64,000 nucleotides of DNA from Octopus sinensis (GCF_006345805.1 NC_043010.1:3100001-3164000), one strand, 5' to 3'. Positions 25,284-39,213 are shown, counted from the first letter of the stretch. Translations and numbers: made by a program. The notes: generated from the sequence alone by a model not told the origin.

Positions 25284-25748
25284 CTTTTCTTTCCTACTCT
25301 AGGTACAAGGCCCGAAATTTAGGGGGAGGAGGCCAGTCGATTAGATCGACTCCAGTACGCAACTGGTACTTAATTTATCAGCGAGCTGGCAGAAACGTTA
25401 GCACGCCGGGCGATATGCTTGGCGATATTTCGTCTGTGTTACGTTGTGAGTTCAAATTCCGCCGAGGTCGACTTTGCCTTTCATCCTTTCGGGGTCGATA
25501 AATATAGTACCAGTTACGTACTGGGGTCGATGTAATCGACTTAATGCCTATGTCTGTCCTTGTTTGTTCCCTCTGTGTTTAGCCCCTTGTGGGTAATAAA
25601 GAAATAGGTACTTAATTTATCGACCCTGAATGGATGAAAGGCAAAGTCTACCTCGGCGAATTTGACCTCAGAACGTAAAGACATACGAAATACCACTAAG
25701 CATTTTGACTGGCGTGCTAACGTTTCTGCCAGTTTGCCCGCCTTCTTG
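25284..25748 (-). mobile_element. SINE family B, interrupted by a second family-B copy
   Basis: 12-bp TSD TATAGGAATATT at 25272-25283 and 25749-25760. Confidence 0.85.
25380..25606 (+). mobile_element. SINE family B nested in opposite orientation
   Basis: 15-bp TSD GGTACTTAATTTATC at 25365-25379 and 25607-25621. Confidence 0.9.
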
Positions 25749-26749
25749 TATAGGAATATTAACTAAATTTGAATGTATTTTCGACTTAAAGTATTATTAG
25801 ATCAGTGTTATATATAACAGGCAAGGACTGTCCAACTAACCGGGAAGAACGAAGGGTGTGATGACTAATTATCTTGCTTGATAAAATTATGATAGTTTTA
25901 AACTGTGGTATTTCGTATGTCTTTACGTTCTGAGTTCAAATTCGCTGAGGTAGACTTTGTCTTTCATCCTTTCAGTGTCGATAAATTATGTACCAGTTGC
26001 GTACTGGGGTCGATCTAATCGACTGGACCCCTCGTGTCAAAGAAGCGAGCATTATAAGGTTTAGCTATTAACGACAGAAACAGCCTTTGCAATGAGTATT
26101 GATTAACTGAACTTAACTTAGATGTGTTGTTTAAAATGCCTAGGACTGTGGTAAACAGCCCAAGAAATCATCTTGTTTAGTTGACAACTGTTCAAAACCA
26201 CAAATAATATTGGTTGATGACAATATATCAGCACCTGGAGATGGCACTGTTGTGTTATGTGATTTCACCATATTATGAATTGTCGGTAAGAGTCAGTGAA
26301 ATGCATATCGATACAAACTGTTTATTTGCATAAAGTCATATTTATTACATTTCAGTGCATTAAGTCTGGGATTTATTCTATCAGTCTCTTTTGTGGAATC
26401 GCTAAATTACTGGAACATAAACAAACTGACACTGGTTGTCAAGTGGTGTTGGCATAGTAAGGTAAGATGGAATATGAAACAGCAGGGTGTGGTGTGGAGT
26501 GGTTTGATGCAGTTGAATAGGGAAGGGGGTTATGCAGTGTTATAGTAGCTTAATGTCTTGGGATATGATGCAGTGCAGTATGGGGTGATGTGGTGTGATG
26601 TGGTGTGGTGCTTTGACCAATTGAATTATTCTGATAATAGTAATAATGTGAAAAATGAAAATGTATGCTACATGTAGAAGATGATAACCATTGATCGTCC
26701 CATTGTTGACCCTAATATCTGTTAAATTAGCGAGCAAGTTCTTTTCCAT

Positions 26750-27035
26750 TTCTGGTAATGAGGAGCTTTACCAAGATCCAATGAAAGTGTCCGAGAAGAT
26801 TCAGCAGAGAAGAATGAGAATTGCTAGTCATTGCATCAAGCACCCAGAAGAACCTATGTGTGTCAACTGGTCTTATGGCATCAGGGACGGAAAACATCTT
26901 ACCTCTGTGGACAACTTACTTCAGGATAGTGGAATGGCAAATGTTGACGGATCAAGGACATACATGGGAGACCATGATGAATGGCATGCTTGTATGAAAT
27001 CATTGGGGCACCCAGGAGCATGGCCAGACTAACTA
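26750..27035 (+). mobile_element. LINE (RTE-like) 3' coding remnant
   Basis: NEELYQDPMKVSEKIQQRRMRIASHCIKHPEE resembles LINE ORF2 C-termini (NEELY...I..RRLR.AGHC.R). Confidence 0.6.
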
Positions 27036-27303
27036 GTAAGCAAAATCATAAAACTAGACAACCTTACTTCTTTCTCAGGGCCCCCTTTACTTGGATCCCC
27101 TGATCCTTCTTCACCTCTTTGTTATCATTCATACAGACCACATGTCTACATCAGTTTTATCTCCATTCTCGCATACAACAACTGATTCCTTTGATGGTTG
27201 ATTTCCTCTCAGCTTACCTTTGGTCTGGCTTTCAATCTTTTCTTACAATACAAATCCAACAAAATATGATTGCCTCCTTTCTGTAGGGACTCTTTATAAA
27301 TCA

Positions 27304-27674
27304 CTAGCAGTATCGCCGGGCGTTGCTTGGGTTTGTAAGGGAAATAACTATATAAGCATTTTTAGAGAGTTATAGCCAAAAAATAGCAAAAATAATGCAT
27401 TAAAAATGTAAAAAAAAATTATGGTAAATTTTTTTTAAATCGTTGACTCATTGTAGACATTTTTAGAGAGTTACTTCCCTTATATAATGCGAAAAAATGC
27501 ATTAAAATGGAAAAAATGATGGTAAATTTTTTTTTAAATCGTAGACGCATGCTAATACCCAGAAGGGCTCGATATGAATCACGACTATAAGATACCCACT
27601 TTTGGTTAAACTGCACCGCAAAATGTGGGAGTAGTTAGGAGACAGACACATAACCTTACTTTTATATATAAAGA
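27304..27674 (-). mobile_element. Non-autonomous Helitron
   Basis: On the - strand begins TCTTTATATATAAAAG and ends in a GC hairpin plus CTAG, inserted between A and T; same family as 43149-43456. Confidence 0.85.
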
Positions 27675-28248
27675 TTTCCTTTAACCTCATAGTAGCTGAC
27701 AATGATGCAATTACTACAGGAAAACATCTCCCTGAAACTATTTGATTGGGTGAATTATATGTGCCATTTCCCCAGATATTTTCACCATCTTAGTAACTGT
27801 AATTGATGGTCCTGTTGCTTGTCCTGCCTTCATACTTTTAATGGCAACTATGTAACGATCATCCTCAATAGCTGGTTCCCATGTTGGGTCTAACTGGGCC
27901 TAGAATTTCTCCTCATTGAGCAACCACTCATAGTAGCTTTTCTACATTTCTACGATTTAATTAATTTGTGTCTTAACTTACACTGTGCTGATGATTCTGA
28001 GGGTGGATGAAATAGTGCTATACATGGCTACCAGTGATTAATAGCTTTTAATATTTTAGGAACTTTATTTTATCTCACGTAAAAAAAAAAAGAAAATTAA
28101 AAATTAAGCATTAGAAGTTTAAATATACATGTTTTTCAGTTTAACTTCGATTAACCAGGAAGATTCTCTCTCCTTGAATGATAACACCAGAAATGAATCA
28201 TGTGTATGTATGTGCACACATGTGCATGTGTGTGTACATACATATATG

Positions 28249-28306
<58 letters not shown>

Positions 28307-29223
28307 CATAAACTTACCAGGCATATTTAAAAAGCATTACAAAACCATTCACTATATTCTTTCATAGAGAAAATTTCTTGTTGACAGGTATGTGTAAACA
28401 CACCGAGGTAGCTCCCAGCGTTCCACCATCCAGACTGGTGGATGTGTGCACTTTTGAAGTGACCTGTCTACACCGAGAAATTTCTCTCATGACAAAATAC
28501 AGTGAATAGCTTTCTTATGGGTTCAATATGCCTCAAGCCTTTTTGAACCGATATCAAGTTTGTATATATATATATATACACATCACTGCTTAGCACTGTC
28601 ATCCCATATACATACATACATGTGTGTGTGTGTGTAATATATGTAATGGGTGACATTATGCCAAAAGATACTAGATACAGATAGATTAGTGTTCAGACCA
28701 GATCAAATACCTAAAATCCAACATCAAACAGTGAGAAACAGAATCTAGGCAAGCAAGAATTGGCTACAGGCAATGTACCAGTCAAACTAATGGAAGTAAA
28801 ATCAAATAAAAGATGGACTGGATGCAGTTAATGGCTTCAAAGCATTTATAAAATAATCATACAGATAGGTAAATAAATATAATTAAGCAGAAAACCAGGT
28901 AAAAATAGGAAAAGTTCATAGTCTAATGTCACAGAAACATCTACAAAGGATTGCTTCGATACCTCTGTCTTTTTTATTTGTGGCATTAGAGTATGGACTC
29001 TCTGGATATGTGTCTTGACTTTGGTTATGCTGAGGGCTTCAAAGGAGGATGAAATAGTACAATGTCTAAATATTTTAATGGCTTTAGGAACTTTTATTTT
29101 ATTCAATGTAAAAAAAAAATTTTAATTAAAAATGATGAATTAGAAATTTAAATATGCATTTTTTTACAACTTACTTAGATTAACCTGAAAAAGATTCTCT
29201 CCTCCTTAATACCCACCAGAAGC

Positions 29224-29261
<38 letters not shown>

Positions 29262-29451
29262 TGTGTGTTTGTGTGTGTCTTTGTATGTGTGTGGTGCTGT
29301 TACAGTACGGACATCTACCTATCTATAAAGAACTGCTATGATGGATTTGAACTTTCTGGATTTCTACCTGTTTGTGATGAACTGCTATAGTCTTTCCTTT
29401 TCCTGGTTTCTCCCAGTTTTCTACTTGATTATATTTATATATGTTCGTATA

Positions 29452-29670
29452 GGGCGGCGAGCTGGCAGAACCATTAGCACGTGTAGCCGTATTTTGTCTG
29501 CCGTTACGTTCTGAGTTCAAATTCCGCCGAGTTCAACTTTGCCTTTCATCCTTTCGGGGTCGATAAATTAAGTACCAGTTACACATTGGGGTCGATATTA
29601 TCGACTTAATTCGTTTGTCTGTCCTTGTTTGTCCCCTCTATGTTTAGCCCCTAGTGGGTAATAATGAAAC
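29452..29670 (+). mobile_element. SINE family B
   Basis: Family consensus. Confidence 0.85.
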
Positions 29671-29739
29671 ATATATTTATATACGTTCATATCTGAATGA
29701 ACTGTGGGTAAGTACACCATATTTCAGTTTGCAGCCTAA

Positions 29740-30060
29740 TACCATCATATATACCAAAAGTTTATGAGTCAAAACTACTGTGACCTGCTTTGTGTTAGTA
29801 ATACATTGTTTTCATCTTTTAGTGTTTCTCTACAGACTTTCTACAGAATTTAGAGCTTGCATTGAAATATGCACATACACCCAATTTTTCTATCTCTAAT
29901 TGCATTGTTTACACAGGTATATTCATACATGAAAGGTCATAACTTTCAGTGCTAACTCTAAATTCTATAGAAAATCTGCAGAGATAAGCTTACAAATGAA
30001 AACAACATGAAGTTAACATAAAGTAGGAGAGAGTATTTGACTGATAAACCTTTAATATAC
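29740..30060. mobile_element. Degenerate MITE-like element with ~130-bp imperfect inverted arms
   Basis: TTTCTACAGAATTTAGAG (~29838) / CTCTAAATTCTATAGAAA (~29957); related single arm at ~31325-31400. Confidence 0.55.
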
Positions 30061-30228
30061 TTAAAAATAATAATAATAATAATAATAATAACGAAATGAT
30101 TGTATACAGTGCTCAGGTGCACCACAACTTGTCAAAAGTGCGTATATGAAATCAGTTGGGTAGTTCTGGAGTTTTAGTAATGAGCACATACGGACACACA
30201 GGAAGACAGACAGACACACATTCTCAGT

Positions 30229-30528
30229 TAAAGCACCATCCGTTCGTGGCCGTTGCTAGCCTCACCTGGCCCCTGTGCTGGTAGCACGTAAAAAGCACCA
30301 TCCGTCCGTGGCCTTTTGCCAGCCTTGTCTGGCACCTGTGTGGGTGGCACGTAAAAAGCACCCACTACACTCATGGAGTGGTTGGCGTTAAGAAGAGCAT
30401 CCAGCCGTAGAAACATTGTCAGATCAGACTGGGCCTGATGCAGCCTTCTGGCTTCCCAGACCCCAGTTGAACCGTCCAACCCATGCTAGCATGGAAAGCG
30501 GACGCTAAATGATGATGATGATGATGAT
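30229..30528 (+). mobile_element. RTE 3'UTR fragment (family C)
   Basis: Family-C motifs and (GAT)n tail. Confidence 0.85.
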
Positions 30529-30529
30529 A

Positions 30530-30815
30530 CAAGGTGGTATCAAAAACTTCCAAGACTAGTTATGTTTAATAACTTATTTACCTAAGTTTTAACATCATCT
30601 CCTTTGAGTCACCTTGTGCAGCATTACACCAGTCCTGGCATTCCTGCCACTTTTGGGATTTGGTTTGGAAGTCGTTTTCTGTGAGTTGAGGACCTTCCGC
30701 AATTTGCACTCTGGATCTTGACAACAGTGTTAAAACGGTGACCTTTGAGCTGCCTTTTCATCTTGGAGAAATGATGGAAGCCTGCAGGTGCTAAATCTGG
30801 TGAATAGGGCAGTAT
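30530..30815 (-). mobile_element. mariner transposase 3' remnant with one TIR
   Basis: - strand PYSPDLAPAGFHHFSKMK; terminal TACAAGGTGGTATCAAAAA. Confidence 0.7.
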
Positions 30816-32183
30816 ATTATGGTTGCAAAACGAAATGCAGTGTCCATACCAGCAATTATGTATGTACTAATTGAAGGCGGTGATCTGGCAGAATCGTTAG
30901 CACTTTGAGTAAAATGTTTAGAGGCATTTTGTTCATTGTTACATTCTGGGCTCAAATTCTGCCAAGGTTGACTTTACTTTTCATCCCTTTCAGGGTCAAT
31001 AAAGCAAGTACTAGTTGAGCAATGGGGTCAATGTAATCAACTTATCCCCTCCTCCAAACTTGCTGACTTTGTGCCAAAATTTAAAACCAATATGTATTTA
31101 CCGATTACCAGGAATGTGTTTAATATGCAAATTAGTCTTCCCAGTAGTGTTACACCACGAAACTTAGTGGCTATTTATGCAATGTATTCAGGGATAGTTG
31201 ATGGGTTGGCTGTGGTGCTGAAAAAGGAGCAAAAATTCTGGAAATATGTATGTAGACCCATTAGCTGTTTTTCTGGCTTTGCATTCATTATTGACATAGA
31301 CGTATTTGTATACAAAATGTTGTAATCTTCAGTTCTGGCTTTAAATTTTATAGAATATCTGTAGAAAGACATTTAAAAAATGAAAATCTGTATGACCATT
31401 TCATAAATGCTTTGGTACCATTAACAATTACCTATCTATTTTTTATTGTATGCATATGTATATATGCATGTATATATATGTGTGAGTATATGTATATACA
31501 CATGTCTATATGTATATATATACACATATATAGATATATATTTGGGTGTGTGTGTGTATACACACAAGATTTTTTCTTATCAATCATGTCAAAAATGAGA
31601 TATTAAGAATAAATAAATAAATACTGTGTTTTAGTATTGATATTGTGAAAAACTTACCTAATATTTATGGTGATAAGGTTCTGGAGTTGTCATCTGCCCA
31701 TGCAAGCTTCTTCAGAGAGCTGTAAGTGCAGCCAAAGTGATGTGAGCCCTGACTGAAGAAATGCTGTGTGTGTAGATTTAAAAAGTTATCTGTAAGAGCA
31801 CCAATAGCTGGTGAAGATATTTATACGAGTAGAAGGATAGGATTTAATAAGGATAGAAATGCAAGGGTCTAGGGGTTACACCTAATGACTGGAAGATAAC
31901 AAAATTTTTAGTTATTAATATAAATATAACTGAACAGGTTGTTTACAAAAAGAAGCGGTCAACAATATTTTTTTAGGGTACCATTTTTTTATTTATTTCT
32001 TCTGTTATTTATTTATTTTACAAAGTTCCCTTTTGGGATATTTTTTGGCAAGAAATTTTTTTATTTCAAACATTGTTGTATTTTGTTAGAGTCGTGTTTG
32101 TTATTTTGTTAATTTTTTTTCCAGTTAATAAATATGTATTGATTTTTTCATTATCTTCTTTTTTTTTCAATGTGAAAAATAAA

Positions 32184-32235
<52 letters not shown>

Positions 32236-32974
32236 CTCTTTCTTTATTGGCTACAAAGGCTGTGAATAATGATAAATATGTACATTGTTTGTCATTAAAT
32301 TTGTGATGAGGTGGATGGAGTTCAGTGAACAAGATATGAATGTGTGATGAAAAATTCCTGATGAGAGCAGCAGCTTACTGGAATAATAGTATGAATAACA
32401 AAGGGTGTTGGGTTGGCAGAATCGGTAGAGCACTGGACAAACATACCTTGTGCTATTTGGTTAAGTCCCTTTACATTCTGAGTTTAAAACCTGCCCTGGT
32501 CGACTTTGCCATTCCTCCTTCCGAGGTCGATAAAATAAGTACCAGATAAAGTACTGGGGTCGTTATAATCGACTAAAACCCTTGAAGGTGGTGCCCCAGC
32601 ATGGCCACTGTCCAATGACTTAAAACAGTAAAAGAAAAAAAAAAAAGAATAATATCAATAACTTACTAACTATGCATGTGTTCAATAGCTAACATATTAA
32701 TTAATTAATGAAATCAACAGGCCACTAAATAAAATGCAACAAAATTCTTTAACAAAATTCAGATATTTGCATAATATAGGAATATATGCTATTTCACATT
32801 TGAATACCTTTCCCGTTTAATTAATGACTTAATTCACCATGGCATAATAGGGAAATGAAACACAAAGACACTATCAACAGGAAACAACCGTTAAGTTGGG
32901 AACATATTTTATATTGAATATTAAGAAAATGATAAGAATATATATGTATGTATGTACATATATATATATAATGA

Positions 32975-33430
32975 TAATAAAATTATTGTGTATAGTGCTC
33001 AGGTGCTCAACAACTCATCAAAGATGCATGTATAGTGCATAGAATTATGTACAAAAGTCAGGAAAGTGAAAAGTGTGAGCCATGATGTACATGTGTGCAT
33101 GTGTATGGAGTGGGGGGATATCAGGTGTAGTGTTGGCGAATTTCCGGAAGCATGGAGGTTTTAAAGGATGCAATGTCTCAGCAACTAACAACTGATGCAG
33201 GTAGTTTGTTCCATGCTTCAGCAACTCTGAGTGTGAAAATGTTTCTGAAAGTCATGTAAGCTATACTTTTTCCTGACTTTGTAGCCACGCCCACATGTGT
33301 TACACACATGGAGCTCAAAAAGATACTCAGGTTAGGTCTGGGCACGATGGTTAATAATTTTGTGGGTGTTTAACAATTCAGTTGCCAGGCGTCAGAGCTT
33401 CAATGTATCTATGCCCTGAGAAGCAAGTGG
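32975..33430 (-). mobile_element. CR1-clade LINE 3' fragment
   Basis: Homologous to 52945-53452; shorter tails of the same family at ~12450-12620, 30065-30145 and 35030-35077. Confidence 0.75.
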
Positions 33431-34289
33431 TGTGGATTTTCACCTCGGCATCCGAAACTCAGAGTTTTATCTTGGCTACTGAATAATTGTCACATATTAT
33501 ATATATATATATATATATAATATATATATATATGTATCGCCTTGGGAAAGTGTCTTCTGCTACAGTCCTAAGTGACCAATGTTTTGTGATGGAAACTGTG
33601 TGGAAGCTCATCATAGATATGTATGCATGCATGTATGTATGTAGTATGTATGTATGTATGTATGTATGTATGTATGTATGCATGCATGCATGCATGCATG
33701 CATGTATGTATGTATGCATGCATATATGTATGCATGCATGCATGTATGTATGTATGTATGTATCTATCTATCTATCTATCTATATGTATATGTGTATATG
33801 TGTGCACATGTTTCTGTGTGTGTGTGTGTGTGTGTGTGTTCACATTTGTGTTTTCCCACCTCACCCACTGCTTAACAACTGGAGTTGGTTTGTTTACATC
33901 CCCATGACTTAGCAGTTCAGCAAAAGAGACCAATAGAATACATTCAAGACTTAGAAGCAAATACAAACATAAGTACTGGAGTCAACTTGTTCAACTAAAA
34001 TCTTTCAGGTAGTGCCCCAGTATGACCACAGTCCAAAGACTGAAACAATTAAAATAAAATAAACAAATACAAGAAAAATATTCAATGAAGAAATGGCACT
34101 ATCATTTAGAGAGTAATAATGTATTGATCATGTTGGCTTGTATGGGAGATAACTCAAGCTATGCTTTAGTATTATTAGACTTCCTTAGCAAAGCAGAGAC
34201 TTAACTGTTCTCGTTGAAGTAGTGATAAGGGAATCACTAATTAGAGGTACAATATTGTAATCTGAGTGGGCATGAAAAATTAGCATACT

Positions 34290-34518
34290 CTTTACTCCCT
34301 TTCACTTGTTTCAGTCATTTGACTACGGCCATGCTGGAGCACCGCCTTTAGTTGAGCAAATCGACCCCGGGACTTATTCTTTGTAAGCCCAGTACTTATT
34401 CTATCAGTCTCTTTTGCCGAACCGCTAAGTGACGGGGACGTAAACACAAGCATCGGTTGTCAAGTGATGTTGGGGGGGGGGAGACAAACACAGCCACACA
34501 AACACACACATACATATT

Positions 34519-34550
<32 letters not shown>

Positions 34551-34715
34551 TACGACGGGCTTCTTTCAGTTTCCGTCTACCAAATCCACTCACAAGGCAT
34601 TGGTTGGCCCGGGGCTATAGTAGAAGACACTTGCCCAAGATGCCACGCAGTGGGACTGAACCCGGAACCATGTGGTTGGTTAGCAAGCTACTTACCACAC
34701 AGCCACTCCTGCGCC
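34290..34715 (-). mobile_element. SINE family A
   Basis: Full-length reverse complement of the family consensus. Confidence 0.9.
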
Positions 34716-36034
34716 TAATTTATTATTTTTTAACATGATTTTGTCTTTGAAGTGTGTGTGTGTGTGGGGGGGGGGCACTACTTTGAAATGCTGAGTGCAA
34801 CAAATCAACCCCAGTACCTAATTTTTAAGTCTGGCACTTATTCTATCTGTCTCTTTGGCCAAACCGCTATGTTTACATGGGAGGTCATAAACAAACCAAC
34901 ACCAGTTGTCAAGCTGTGTCAGAGACAAACACAAATACAAAGTAATTCACACACACACACAAGGGCATACATACGTATTATACATATATGCATATTATAT
35001 ATATATATATATATTATATAATATATATATAAATAATGAAATTATTGTATACAGTGCTCAGGTGCACCACAACTTGTATATATTATATATATATATATAT
35101 ACACGCACACACACATATATTTTGACATTTGAGTTTGATTTCAGAGTCCCATTATAGTGTGAGGTGTTTACCAATAATAATAACCCTTAATATAAATTAA
35201 TGTATTTATATATTTAAAGGATAAATTATATACTTTGTATAAATTTTTTTCTAAACTGGTTCTTCACACTGGCTACTTGATAAATTCTTACATAGATTTT
35301 ATTCTCATATTTTATACACACACACACACACACACACTCACACACACACACACACACACACTCACACACACACACACACTCACACCACACACACACACAC
35401 TCACATATATATATATACACACATGTATGTGTGTATATATATATAAGCAAATGCGTAATAACAGATGATGGATAAAGGTCTGTTATTATTTATCTGCCCT
35501 AGGGATTCACAGCTTGTTGGACACCCTAGAGTATACCAAACAACGTATGATCAACACAACGTGCTTTGGACCAGCCCCTAGGTGCTAAATACTCATAGGG
35601 GTGGTTTTTTCTCTGTGTGCACAACCTGAACATTCTACTGGCTATTTAATTGACAATAGGTGGTGACCAACCCTACTGGTGCATATTAATTAAGTACTTG
35701 ATTCTTTCATTTTGCCTGTCCTTCTTTTGTCCACCTTTGTATCGTCTATCTGTTTGAATGGTTTAATGTCCTCTATTGCGTTTTTGTTCCATTTATATAT
35801 ATATATATATATATACACATACATGCATATTATATTTATATATATATATTGTATACATATATGTATGTATATATATATATATAGATATATATTATATATT
35901 ATAATAATATATATATATATATATATATATAATATAATATAAATATATATAACATAAACATATATATATACCACACACAACATACATATGTATGTGTCTA
36001 TCTGTCTGACTCTCTCTCTCTCTCTCTCTCTGTA

Positions 36035-36072
<38 letters not shown>

Positions 36073-36074
36073 AT

Positions 36075-36365
36075 GGACTCTCCCGTTGAAGACAATGTAT
36101 GAGCATTCAGCTTTTGCCGAATGACCTGCACAAAGGATTTGTTTATAGTGATCAAATGTTCATGCTGCACAGTACCTCACTCCCTCCATCAATTCAACGT
36201 TGCCTGAACAGGTGCCTAGTGTACCATTTGTCAGGTGTCAAAGTGATTGTAGACCAACACGAAATGAAGTGCTTTGCTCAAAAACACAATGCATCACCTC
36301 GTCTAGGATTTGAAACTGTGATCTTGTAATCATGAGTACAACACCCTAACCACTAGGCCATGCAG
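36075..36365 (-). mobile_element. tRNA-derived SINE family D
   Basis: - strand GCATGGCCTAGTGGTTAGGGTGTTG...GTTTCAAATCC head; related copy at ~57815-57960 (+). Confidence 0.65.
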
Positions 36366-36888
36366 TCTTCCACATAGTTTCTGTCAACAAAATTCACTTG
36401 CAAGGCATTAGTTGGCCTGGGGCTATATTAGATGACATTTGCCTAAGGTGCTGTGCAGGGAGACTGAACCAAAACCGTGTGGTTGCAGCTGACCTTCTTA
36501 ACCACACAGCTACGCCTGTGGCTATTGAACAAAGCAAAATATATGGATCTCGGTTGGTTCTGACAATAAGTATTCAGCTATTCAATTAACTGAATTACCA
36601 ATTCATTGAACTATTGAACAATCTTATAAGTGGCCGAGTATTCCATAAGCGCATGTGCTTTCAACATAATCAGAGTAATAGGAGGAATCAGCATGACAAT
36701 GTGTTAGAAGACTGGAACTTTGAATTAAAGGTAAAATCCGTCTGTGGGACTTCACAGTTTTAATCTATTCATATTTGATTCACAAAGCTTGGGGCAATCT
36801 GAGGCAAAGGGGGGAAAAATATCACTGACCCAAGAGGACACAGTGGTATTGAACAGGGATCATTGTGAATGTAAAGCAAATACCTTAA

Positions 36889-37109
36889 CCCTTTCGATAC
36901 CAACCTGGCTGAAACCAGCTCTGGCTCTGAGTACAAATGTCTTTTTTTCATAAGTTTTGAATTAAAATCTTCCACCAAACCTTAGTCATAATTTATGTTC
37001 CTAACAGTAGCTTAATGATAGCTAAGTTATTTTTACTAAATTCTTTGTTATATTTAAAGTAATTGAAAGAAATACAGAGCATCTCGAAATAAATACAGTA
37101 ACGAAAGGG
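36889..37109. mobile_element. piggyBac-type MITE
   Basis: TTAA-CCCTTTCGATAC ... GTAACGAAAGGG-TTAA: TTAA TSD and CCC/GGG termini. Confidence 0.85.
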
Positions 37110-37999
37110 TTAATCATTCATCCAAGTAAGCAATTGGTTAATTACTTGGTAGTGTTGTCAATTAGACACACCAAAGAAATTAAATTCCTGTGACATATCT
37201 AAAATAACAGCAAACTGGATCCAACAGAGTTTGAACTCTGTTATCCTCAAAGCCATTGTAATTCTGATGATGTGGTTTTCTTTCTTTCTTTTATTTTTGA
37301 GCCCTAGGATTCATAAGGCAGGTTACTCGATTTTCCTGGTTTTATAAGGAACCAAATCACAGCATTACCTCTGAGTGGGATGCCAATCCATAGCAGGGCT
37401 CAAGGCCAGCAATTTGAAAGGAAGATAAAGGGACAAGTTGATTATATCAACCCCAATACGTGACTGGTACTTTTGTGATGAAAGGCAAAGTTGATCTTGG
37501 CAAGATTTAAACTTAAAAATGTGAAGAGCCAGAAAGAAATGTTGCTGAGCAATTTTGTCCAATTTGTTAATTATTATGTCTTAATTATTGCCACTTCAAT
37601 GACTCATTATTAAAGGTAAGTGTTGAAGCATTAGTTTCTACTCAGATTATTTGTTGCTACTGTTGTTGTTTTGACACAGGTCAGTTCTGATCCAGCAGAC
37701 TTATGATGAAAAGCATTCCAGCGTGTTGACTATTTAGTCTTTTTTAGTATATCTAGGATTTGTGTACTTCTATAATTAAGACAGCAGAATGTATCATGAG
37801 GGAATTTAGCTGCTATTTCTGACACTTTAAGTGGTCACTCTGATGCTCACCTGACATTAGTTCAGCCTTTATTCGTCTAGTTAATGTTCATTCAATCAAG
37901 TTTATTATGAATGGTTTATGCAAAAAGCTAAATTAACTTCACGGAGATGCACTTGCATAGCAAGTGACTTGATCTGAGATAGTGTGCTGAAACAAAAAC

Positions 38000-38232
38000 A
38001 ATTGCAACACAGAAGGTGTTTATAAACCATTTAAAAATACACAAAAACTGTTAGATTCACTTTAACATTTAAATTTAATTTGTCTGAGATGCAGCACAGA
38101 ACTTTTTCAGTGAACAGGTCACGGTTTCAATGTGAAGAAAGTATTTTGACAAATTAAATTTTAATGTTGAAGTGGATCAGGCAGTTTTTATGTGTTTTAA
38201 ATTGGCTTATAAACACCATCCATGCTGCAATT
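38000..38232. mobile_element. Palindromic MITE-like element
   Basis: About 85-bp imperfect inverted arms (GGTGTTTATAA / TTATAAACACC; AATTTAATTTGTC / GACAAATTAAATT). Confidence 0.6.
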
Positions 38233-38341
38233 CTTTAAATTAACTTTACTTTCTTACTGTCAAGGAAATAATTCTGCATGGCTGAACATATCTGAGAATT
38301 ATTTTGAGAAAGTATATAAGATTAACATATATATATATATA

Positions 38342-38663
38342 TAATATTAATTCGAGACAAAACCACTATTTTGCAAATCAAACAAGGAAAGACTTAATCA
38401 ATACATAAAAAATGTTAATATAAAGTAAATAAATCACCACTACAATTGTTTCATGTCTTCAAATGACATTCGTCAGGTGGATTTACGATCTAAAAATATC
38501 AATATTTTAAAATATAAGTTTAAAATAATATAAATTTCCTTGTTTGATTTGCAAAATAGTGGTTTTGTCTCAATTAATATTATATAATATTTTACTATAA
38601 AATTGGATTTAATCCTAAATCTGATTTTTTTTCCCTGTAATTTTGGATTTCTTCCCTAATATT

Positions 38664-38670
<7 letters not shown>
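38342..38670. mobile_element. Fold-back PLE pLTR remnant in (TA)n, same family as 11081-11490
   Basis: Inverted arms ~38345-38390 / 38535-38579; ~115-bp tail shared with 11376-11490. Confidence 0.8.
38437..38480 (-). ncRNA. Minimal type-I hammerhead ribozyme, canonical core
   Basis: - strand CCAC-CTGACGA-ATGTC ATTTGAA GACAT-GAAA-CAATTG-TA-GTGG; all stems perfect, palindromic ACAATTGT. Confidence 0.88.
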
Positions 38671-38733
<63 letters not shown>

Positions 38734-38858
38734 AGAGTTAGCAGTTATAGTAACTGACTAAGAATAAAATATCTGTATATACTATCGATATCCATTACCT
38801 GTATTATCCGCAGGCAATGGTGTGCAGGCACACCATACAAGTAGAGTTTATCAGGAAC

Positions 38859-39213
38859 ATATGCAAATAATTAGAAAATGGGGAAAACCACAGATTAACC
38901 CACACATCCATTGGACCATATTTATCTCTTATTTTTTTGATATAAAACATGACATAACAAAATAGGTGACATAACATATCTTAGGACTGTTACTGATCAG
39001 ATTGCCAAATACAGTCTCTATACATAAATGCGAGAATAAAATTCATCATCTTCATAGGACATTTGAATTAATTCTGATCAGTAATGGGCGTAAGATCTGT
39101 TATGTCACCTATTTTGTTGGGTCATGTTTTGTATTAAAAAATAAGGTATAAATGTGGTCCAACCAATGTGTTGGTTAATCTGAGGTTTTCTCCATTTCCT
39201 AATTATTTGTATT
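38859..39213. repeat. Fold-back insert (~140-bp imperfect arms) between (TA)n tracts
   Basis: AACAAAATAGGTGACATAACA / TGTTATGTCACCTATTTTGTT and flanking matches. Confidence 0.8.

Noticed and set aside
29175-29184. Possible 10-nt micro-exon on the - strand (tttttcag GTTAATCTAA gtaagt)
   Set aside because: The splice signals are not kept in the duplicated copy at ~28145 and no neighbouring exons were identified; likely chance.
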